Origin: Phycisphaerales bacterium
GTDB taxonomy: Bacteria; Planctomycetota; Phycisphaerae; Phycisphaerales; UBA5793
Length of the DNA stretch: 64,000 bases
Direction: 5' to 3'
NCBI GenBank assembly: GCA_044229655.1
Contig: JBGASM010000015.1
Location: 35,950-99,949, forward strand
Part shown: piece by piece, positions 32,157 to 38,825 of the stretch
Layout: each line of letters begins with the position of its first letter
Numbering within the stretch: position 1 is the stretch's first letter
The notes under the pieces: model-generated
The model's database searches: none
The model's input: the letters and a program-made list of their open reading frames with translations, nothing else
Told to the model about the DNA's origin: nothing
Made by a program: the position numbers and the translations under genes

Positions 32157-32343
32157 TCCTTACTGATGCACCCCCCATCCGGTTCCGTCACCTTTCCATC
32201 CTTCCCACTCCCATTTCCCGCGCACTTTCCGCGCTCCCTGCCCATCCATTCGGCCTCTGTTCGGAATTGCCCCCGGCCCCTCCATCCCTCCCCCCCGCCT
32301 CTCCCCCCCCAGCCAAAACTCGCCCCGCGTACCATCCCCCTTC

Positions 32344-33327
32344 ATGCCCTCGCCAGACCCCGATCACTACAGGATGAGTTTCGGTGCCCACCTCGACGAA
32401 CTTCGCCGCCGCGTCCTCCGCGCCCTCATCGCTCCCGTCCTCGTTGCCATCCCCGCATTCATCTTCGGCGACCGCATCCTCATCTGGCTCCTCAAGCCCC
32501 TCATCCAGGCTCTTGAAAGCGCCGACATCCACCCGTCCCTGCAGGTCCTCTCGCCCGCCGAAGTCTTCATGACCTATTTCAAGACCGCGCTCGTCGCCGC
32601 GGTCATCGTCGCCGGCCCCGCCATCGTCTATCAACTCTGGAAGTTCATCGAGCCCGGCCTCTACTCGCGCGAGAAACGCTTCGTCTATCTCCTCGTCCCC
32701 GGCAGCGCATTCCTCGCCGTTGCAGGCTCCCTCTTCGTCTACTACGCAGCCCTCCCCGCCGCTCTCCACTTCTTCATCGGCTTTGGCCTCAAGGTCGGCG
32801 ACTCCGACATCCTCGGGAACTGGAACAAGGCCAAGGACACGCCGCTCGTCGAGCCCGCCCCCGGCGAGATTCTCCCGCAGTTCCCCATGCTCGATGATGA
32901 CCCGCCCAATTGGGAGCCCGGCCAGGCCTACTTCAATCAGCGCTTCAACGAACTTCGCTTCCGCAAAAACGAATCCGAAATCCTCACCGTCCCCCTCCAG
33001 CGCCACTCCCTCATCTCGCAGGAGTTCCAGCTCCGCACCTACCTCGGCTTCGTCGCCCTCCTCATGGGCGCCTTCGCATTGGCCTTCCAGATGCCCCTCG
33101 TCCTCCTCCTCCTGGGCTGGATCGGCGTCGTCTCCCCCGCCTTCCTCCGCAAAAACCGCAAGTACGCCATCTTCGGCATCACCATCGTCGGCGCCGTCCT
33201 CACGCCCCCCGACGCTGTTTCCCTCGCCCTTCTCGCTCTGCCCCTCGCCTTCCTCTACGAACTCTCCATCTGGCTCCTCATCCTCCTCCCCGCGCGCCGG
33301 GTCGCCGGCTCATCCGACGAACATTGA
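32344..33327 (+). CDS. tatC: Twin-arginine translocase subunit TatC (with about 70-aa loop insertion)
   Basis: 327 aa. N-terminal MSFGAHLDELRRRVLRALI and C-terminal LTPPDAVSLALLALPLAFLYELSIWL are typical TatC signatures. There is an extra hydrophilic insert between TM4 and TM5. Confidence 0.92.
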   Translation: MPSPDPDHYRMSFGAHLDELRRRVLRALIAPVLVAIPAFIFGDRILIWLLKPLIQALESADIHPSLQVLSPAEVFMTYFKTALVAAVIVAGPAIVYQLWKFIEPGLYSREKRFVYLLVPGSAFLAVAGSLFVYYAALPAALHFFIGFGLKVGDSDILGNWNKAKDTPLVEPAPGEILPQFPMLDDDPPNWEPGQAYFNQRFNELRFRKNESEILTVPLQRHSLISQEFQLRTYLGFVALLMGAFALAFQMPLVLLLLGWIGVVSPAFLRKNRKYAIFGITIVGAVLTPPDAVSLALLALPLAFLYELSIWLLILLPARRVAGSSDEH

Positions 33328-33530
33328 CCTCCCCGCGTCCGCTCGTGCGCTCTGGTCGGTTTATCCGGAGTCCGAAAAGTTATCCCTGCCCTCCTTTTCA
33401 TCCTCACCCCAACACCCCTCCCCCCGCGGCCGATACATCCCTCACGATGTCGGTCGGGAAAGTGGACCGGGTGATGGCTCCCCATCCTCGGCATCTTCTC
33501 GCCCGGCACGGACGGAGGGGTTACGTCAGG

Positions 33531-34076
33531 ATGACGCTGATAACTGGGGGACATCCCGCTGCGCGCGCCCAGGGCGCCGCTCGCCTCGACGCATCTGACC
33601 TCGCGATGATGCGCCGCGCCATCGAACTCGCCCAACGCGCCGCCGCCGAGGGCGAAGTTCCCGTCGGCGCCGTCGTCTATCGGGGCGCAGAAATCCTCGG
33701 CGAAGGTTACAACCTCCGCGAGGGCCGCTGCGATCCCACCGCCCACGCCGAGATCATCGCCATGCGCCGCGCCGCCGACAAAATCGGCGAGTGGCGCCTC
33801 TCAGGCTGCTCTCTCGCCGTCACCCTCGAGCCCTGCCCCATGTGCGCCGGCGCCATCGTCAACGCACGCATCGACCGCGTCCTTTTCGGCCCCACCGATC
33901 CCAAGGCCGGCGCCGTCGAAACCCTCTTCCGCCTCTGCTCCGATGAACGCCTCAACCACCGCGTCGAGATCATCGGCAACGTCCTCGCTCCCCAGTGCCG
34001 CACGCTCCTCCGCGACTTCTTCAAGGAACGACGCAAGGCCAACCGGGCCGCACGCCAGGTCCCGACCGCCGAGTAA
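33531..34076 (+). CDS. tadA: tRNA adenosine(34) deaminase
   Basis: 181 aa from ATG 33531, with GGAGG 13 nt upstream; an alternative start is at 33606. Deaminase zinc motifs TAHAEIIAM and EPCPMCAGA. The upstream part of track ORF 32910.. overlaps tatC and is not coding. Confidence 0.93.
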   Translation: MTLITGGHPAARAQGAARLDASDLAMMRRAIELAQRAAAEGEVPVGAVVYRGAEILGEGYNLREGRCDPTAHAEIIAMRRAADKIGEWRLSGCSLAVTLEPCPMCAGAIVNARIDRVLFGPTDPKAGAVETLFRLCSDERLNHRVEIIGNVLAPQCRTLLRDFFKERRKANRAARQVPTAE

Positions 34077-34166
34077 CCGCCCTCCTTCCCCCCGGCGCCA
34101 TCGCCCTCATCATCTCCTCACCATTCCGCCCATTGCCGCTGCGTCGGGTTTCCTCTAGACTTGACC

Positions 34167-34856
34167 ATGCCGCGTTCGACCCATCATCAGGTGTCGGAAG
34201 CGGGCCCGGCGTCGGCCCTTGCGCTGTCTCCATCACTCGAAACCGCTCTCGACGCCAAGGTCCTCGTCCTCAACCGACTCTACCTCGCCGTCCGCGTCAT
34301 CTCCGTTCGCCGCGCCTTCTGCCTCTTGGCTAAGGAACTCGCCGAGGTCATCTCCGTCGAGGACGGCCAGTACGTCAACTACGACTTCGACTCCTGGACC
34401 GAACTCTCCCTCCTCCGCCGCGAGTTCGAACCCGATCAGCATGAGTGGGTCCGCACCGTGCGCATGCACCTTGCCGTCCCGCGCATCATCCGACTCTTCG
34501 GCTACGACCGCCTCCCTCAGCAGGGCGTAAAACTCAACCGCCGCAACATCTTCGCGCGCGATCGCAACCGCTGTCAGTACTGCGGCCATCATTTCGCCAC
34601 CAGCGAACTCTCCCTCGATCACGTCAAGCCCCGCACTCAGGGCGGCGGCGACACCTGGGACAACCTCGTCTGCGCCTGCACCCGCTGCAACGCCCGCAAA
34701 GGCGGCCGCACCCCCGAACAGGCCGGCCTCAAACTCATCAGCAGGCCCGTCGCTCCCAAACGCAATCCCCTCATCACCCTCCGCCTCGGCCAGGACCGTT
34801 ACGCCTGCTGGCAGACCTTCCTCGACAACGCCTACTGGTCCGTCGAGTTGAAGTGA
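34167..34856 (+). CDS. HNH endonuclease
   Basis: 229 aa from ATG 34167; the track begins at TTG 34161. HNH core RNRCQYCGHHFATSELSLDHVKPRTQGGGDTWDNLVCACTRCNARKG. Confidence 0.9.
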   Translation: MPRSTHHQVSEAGPASALALSPSLETALDAKVLVLNRLYLAVRVISVRRAFCLLAKELAEVISVEDGQYVNYDFDSWTELSLLRREFEPDQHEWVRTVRMHLAVPRIIRLFGYDRLPQQGVKLNRRNIFARDRNRCQYCGHHFATSELSLDHVKPRTQGGGDTWDNLVCACTRCNARKGGRTPEQAGLKLISRPVAPKRNPLITLRLGQDRYACWQTFLDNAYWSVELK

Positions 34857-34973
34857 CGCGGAAAGAGAAGAAAGACGGAGTGTGGCGGAACGAATTCGCT
34901 TGGGCGATATACACAAGCAATATAGTGCGTGAAATCGCGAGTCAGCCCACGGTGTAGTTGAGGAGAGAAAGAC

Positions 34974-36629
34974 ATGCAATCGTCCAGATACCAGTTGGCT
35001 CTTTTATTCGCAAATGTCTCTACGGCAGTCTTGTGCCCGACTCTCGCCGTCCGCATGGCATCTGCCGGCGACTTCAACGGCGATGGGTATGACGATGCCG
35101 CTCTCGGCGTCTCCGGCGATTCCCTCTTGGCGCCCCAGTCTGGTGCTGTCCAGATCATCTATGGATCGCGAATTGGGCTTAGCGTCGTTCGCTGTGATGA
35201 GATCTCCACAACCACCATTCGTCAAGGCGCTAATGGCGCGCCGGACCAGTCTGAGCAAGGCGACTGGTACGGACAGACTTTGGCGTGTGGCGATTTTGAT
35301 GGCGATGGCTTTGATGATCTCGCTGTGGGTGATTTCGCGGAGGATCTTGATAGTGTCGTTCATGCCGGTGCGGTACATGTGTTTTACGGATCGCCACTCG
35401 GACTGCGGTCCGACCGCTCACAGAATTGGCATTACGGGCCTAACAGTCTTGGAGGCGTACCTCTTCCTGGCGATCAACTCGGATGGGCCCTTGCGGCTGG
35501 CGATTTTAATGGTGATGAGATCGATGATCTCGCCATGTCCGTACCGTACAAAGATGTGGGTTCTGCCACAAATGCAGGACTCATCCACGTACTCTTTGGT
35601 TCGCAAACATTTGGTCTGACATCCGCTGGCATGCAGGATGTCACTCAAGACTCCCCCGGTGTGCCGGATCTCTGCGAAGGTGACGATTGTTTTGGACTAT
35701 CGCTCACGGCAGCCGATTTTGATGCTGATGGGTTTACCGATCTGGTCGTTGGAGTCCCTTGCGAGGACATAGGCCAGAATCGGAACTGTGGCGCAATTAA
35801 TGTGGTGTTTGGAAGCTCGTCCGGCCTTGCAGCACGAGGACAATTCTTCACACAGGATTCAACGCAGATACTTGACAAGGCCGAGCAGGACGACCTCTTT
35901 GGTCAGTTCCTGTGCGCGTCCAATCAGTACGAGACCTCAATCAACGGTGATGCTTTTGCCGACCTGATCATCGGCATCCCATTTGAGGAAACCGTGGATG
36001 GCGTCGGCAACTCCGGGGCGGTGGCCGTCCTCTTCGGTGCTGCGACCGGTCTTGCTGTGGCCGGAAATCAATTCTGGACGCAGGACAATCCCGACGCAGT
36101 CGACTCCGTCGAGAAGGACGATTATTTTGGATGGGCAGTGTCAATCGGTGATTACGACGCCGACGGATTCTCTGATGTCGCTATTGGGGTTCCCCAGGAA
36201 AGTTTCCCTTCGTCGAAGGATGATGTACATTATTCAGGTCGCTCCCAGAATTACTTCGGCAACTCAAATCAATGCGGTGCTGTCGCCGTGGTCATGGGTA
36301 GTCCCACCGGACTTTCTTCTCGCAATCTACTTCTCTATCAGGGTTCCCCTGGGATGGGCGGCCAACCAGGCCCTTATGAGTGGTTCGGATACTCCCTTTC
36401 CACATCACGACGCTCTTTCAATGACGATGAATACAGCGACCTCCTCATTGGCGCCATTCATGACAACTCCCCGCCTGCGTATCGCGCTGCTGGCGGCATG
36501 CATGTGCTGTATGGCACAACGCTCGGACTTGATCCGACTCGGAGCCGATTCTTCGATAGGAGCGGCGCCGGCATGGATGGGGTGGTCGGCACAGGAGATC
36601 TCTTCGGGTCCCCGGTCCTCGGCGATTAA
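34974..36629 (+). CDS. Secreted FG-GAP (integrin-alpha/VCBS-type) repeat protein, atypical codon usage
   Basis: 551 aa, with GAGGAG upstream and a signal peptide. At least 7 repeats of the GDFNGDGYDD / GDFDGDGFDDLAVG / ADFDADGFTDLVVG type. Asp, Phe, Gly and Ala are mostly encoded GAT/TTT/GGT/GCT, unlike the neighbouring genes. Confidence 0.9.
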   Translation: MQSSRYQLALLFANVSTAVLCPTLAVRMASAGDFNGDGYDDAALGVSGDSLLAPQSGAVQIIYGSRIGLSVVRCDEISTTTIRQGANGAPDQSEQGDWYGQTLACGDFDGDGFDDLAVGDFAEDLDSVVHAGAVHVFYGSPLGLRSDRSQNWHYGPNSLGGVPLPGDQLGWALAAGDFNGDEIDDLAMSVPYKDVGSATNAGLIHVLFGSQTFGLTSAGMQDVTQDSPGVPDLCEGDDCFGLSLTAADFDADGFTDLVVGVPCEDIGQNRNCGAINVVFGSSSGLAARGQFFTQDSTQILDKAEQDDLFGQFLCASNQYETSINGDAFADLIIGIPFEETVDGVGNSGAVAVLFGAATGLAVAGNQFWTQDNPDAVDSVEKDDYFGWAVSIGDYDADGFSDVAIGVPQESFPSSKDDVHYSGRSQNYFGNSNQCGAVAVVMGSPTGLSSRNLLLYQGSPGMGGQPGPYEWFGYSLSTSRRSFNDDEYSDLLIGAIHDNSPPAYRAAGGMHVLYGTTLGLDPTRSRFFDRSGAGMDGVVGTGDLFGSPVLGD

Positions 36630-36688
36630 TTCACTGCTGGCCATATTCTCCTCCCCGTTGACGCGGTCGCGCTCACTCATTCACTTAA

Positions 36689-36925
36689 ACAGCCCTCCGC
36701 TCCCCCCGCGCCCTCGGCTCCCAGGTCATCCCCCCCTCCTACGCCTGCGCCGGCACGTCCCTGGGCCTGGCCAACAACCACCTCCAGATCGCCTACACCG
36801 GCCCCGCAGGCACCTTCGGCGCAACCTCCCTCAAGTCCCGCGTTCCCGCCTCAATATGTAATACCTACCTCCAGCTCCTCGACATCACCTCCTGCCAAAC
36901 CTCCAACGTCGTGCAGATTCAATAA
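36689..36925 (+). pseudogene. Start-less remnant of the shared C-terminal beta-module (native C3 codon bias)
   Basis: Own translation of the frame ending at TAA 36923-36925 gives ...SYACAGTSLGLANNHLQIAYTGPAGTFGATSLKSRVPASICNTYLQLLDITSCQTSNVVQIQ*. It aligns with the tail of the NHL protein (GCPGTAVGIAAARVIGSARADEAGDASITINVPETLRGTPLYVQAVDRTACSASGALPVTFK*). There is an in-frame stop at 36686 and no start codon. Confidence 0.6.
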
Positions 36926-37187
36926 ACTCTCCGCTCTCTCCTCCCACCCAACCTCCGCCCATCGCCTGCCGTCCGATGGCGCTTCCTCATCGCGCCCCAC
37001 CGCGCTGCGCGCCGCTCCGCTTCCCCTCGAAGTTCATCGCCGCGCTGCCTCCTCCCGCCTCCTCTTCCCCGCCGGACGACCGCGCGCAGAACTGTGGCGC
37101 AGCCAAAAGCAAATCCAAAATCCCGGATTTCCCGGCGCGCGCACCAGCCTGATACACCCCTTGTTATCGCGGACCCACAAGCGCGCG

Positions 37188-37241
37188 AAAACCTGCCAAA
37201 ACTCGCGAAAACTCAGCAAAACTCAGGCAAACCCGTCTAAA
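37188..37241. repeat. Six helically phased A-tracts (unit AAAAC[CT]Y, 10-11 bp period)
   Basis: A3-4 runs start at 37188, 37198, 37208, 37218, 37229 and 37239, in sequence GAAAACCTGCCAAAACTCGCGAAAACTCAGCAAAACTCAGGCAAACCCGTCTAAACCC. The surrounding 0.56 kb has no credible ORF. Confidence 0.85.
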
Positions 37242-37486
37242 CCCTGCTGCCGGAAACCCCCCTCCCCCCGATCTCCCCCCCGTTTCACTCCCATTCCCGC
37301 AAGAGTGCTGACAAAACTTCTTTTCCTTGCTCTCAGCGCTCTCCTCCGTGCGCACCAACGCGCTCTTGTGGTCCTCCCCCATGCGCACACTCCCACCCCC
37401 TCATAACGACTTACATCACCGCGTTCGCCCCCCCTCCCTCCCCCTCTCCCTCCCCCTTCTCCCGTCCCTCCCTACCCTCGCATCCT

Positions 37487-38701
37487 GTGACCACCCTCGA
37501 ACAGAGAATCTGCGCTCACCTCGCCGCCCGCCACGATGCCATGGTCGCCGACCTCGCAGCCCACGTCGCCATCCCCACCGGCACCGGCCACGCCCCCGGC
37601 ATTAAAGCCTACCGCAACCTCCTCATCGACAGGCTGATGCGCCTCGGCGCCCGCGTCGACCGCCACCCCGGCCAGCCCCGCCCCGACTGGCTTGACCCGA
37701 CTCCGCGCGCTCCCGCCGCGGACATCCCCGACACCGTCACCTGCGCCTGCCGCGGCGGCGCGGGCAAGCGCATTCTCCTCGCCGGGCACGTCGACACCGT
37801 GCACGATCCCTTCGGCCCTTTTCAAACTCTGCAGATCTCCGCCGACGGCGCGCGCGCCGTCGGCCCCGGCTGCGCCGACATGAAGGGCGGCAATTTAATT
37901 GCGCTGCACGCGCTGGAGGCGCTGGCGGCGGAAAACGTGAAAATCGACTGGACGTTTCTTCTCAACGCGGATGAGGAGACGGGGTCTTATCACTCCGCCG
38001 AAGCGCTGCGGGCGCAGGCGAAACAGCACGACATCGGCCTGGCCATGGAGCCGGCCCTGCCGGGGAAAGCAAACTTGGAGAGCGCGCTGGCGGTGGCGCG
38101 CATGGGCAGCGGCCACTTCCGATTCGATGTGCGCGGAAAATCGGCGCACGTGGGCCGCGACTTCAAGAGCGGCGTGTCGGCGGTGGCGGAACTGGCGCGG
38201 ATCATCACGCGCGTGAGCAGCGCGAGCGATCCGGATCACGGCCTCATTGTCAACGTGGGGCCGCTCAAGGGCGGCAGCGCGGTGAACATCGTGCCTGACT
38301 CGGCGGCGTGCTGGGGCAACGTACGCTTCGAGACTCCGGCCGATGCGCAGCGCGCCGTTGCGACGCTGGAGGAACTGGCCACATCCGGGCCGGACGCACT
38401 TCCTGCCGTTTCCCTGCGCCGGGTGTGGTCGCGGCCGGCCAAGCCGCTCACGCCCGCGGTGCAGGGGATTGTCGATGTCATCCAACGGACGGGGGCTGAT
38501 CTGGGGCAGCGCATAACACCGACCTCGACCGGGGGAGTGTGCGATGGAAACATCCTTCAAGATGCCGGATTGCCTACGATTGACACGCTGGGCGTCCGCG
38601 GCGGCGGGACGCACACACCGCAGGAATGGATTGATCTGCCAAGTCTGGTCGAGCGTGCACAGTTGCTCGCCATTGTCATTCTGAGACTTGCGCATTCCTG
38701 A
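37487..38701 (+). CDS. M20-family metallopeptidase / deacylase (carboxypeptidase G2 / DapE-ArgE-like)
   Basis: 404 aa with GTG start. Motifs GHVDTVH, GPGCADMKGG and NADEETGS. The ORF is continuous across the composition switch at about 37,890. Confidence 0.9.
   Translation: MTTLEQRICAHLAARHDAMVADLAAHVAIPTGTGHAPGIKAYRNLLIDRLMRLGARVDRHPGQPRPDWLDPTPRAPAADIPDTVTCACRGGAGKRILLAGHVDTVHDPFGPFQTLQISADGARAVGPGCADMKGGNLIALHALEALAAENVKIDWTFLLNADEETGSYHSAEALRAQAKQHDIGLAMEPALPGKANLESALAVARMGSGHFRFDVRGKSAHVGRDFKSGVSAVAELARIITRVSSASDPDHGLIVNVGPLKGGSAVNIVPDSAACWGNVRFETPADAQRAVATLEELATSGPDALPAVSLRRVWSRPAKPLTPAVQGIVDVIQRTGADLGQRITPTSTGGVCDGNILQDAGLPTIDTLGVRGGGTHTPQEWIDLPSLVERAQLLAIVILRLAHS
37890..37902. repeat. 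13-nt AT-rich palindrome GCAATT-T-AATTGC at the strand-composition junction
   Basis: Read directly from the sequence. It is formed by the codons GGC AAT TTA ATT GCG (G-N-L-I-A) of the M20 gene. AAT, TTA and ATT are A/T-ending codons that are rare elsewhere in this window. Confidence 0.9.
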
Positions 38702-38825
38702 CGACCCGTTCAGAAACCTAATAAAGACGTCGCCGACATTCCGCAATGTTTGGCCTCCTTACCAACCGATCCCCTTACATCACCGCCAGTTGATTCTCCA
38801 GCCGCAAACTGAATGTGAGTCTGCC

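Noticed and set aside
33361-33385. Two TTATCC half-boxes 19 nt apart between tatC and tadA
   Set aside because: Each matches only 6 of 9 positions of a DnaA box, and the site is far from the skew switch. The region is adequately explained as the tadA upstream region.
34167-34856. HNH endonuclease as part of a mobile element or homing cassette
   Set aside because: It has native codon bias. There are no flanking direct or inverted repeats, no integrase or transposase, and it is not inserted within another gene.
37161-37180. DnaA-box-like TTATCGCGG and CTTGT...ACAAG inverted repeat in the noncoding tract
   Set aside because: The match to the DnaA consensus is weak (6/9) and the arms are only 5 bp. 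This is not enough to support an oriC call on its own.
37890-37902. The junction palindrome as a dif/Xer recombination site (terminus)
   Set aside because: I could recognise no resemblance to the 28-bp dif consensus. The C-to-G polarity is opposite to that expected at a terminus. I keep it only as an alternative to test.
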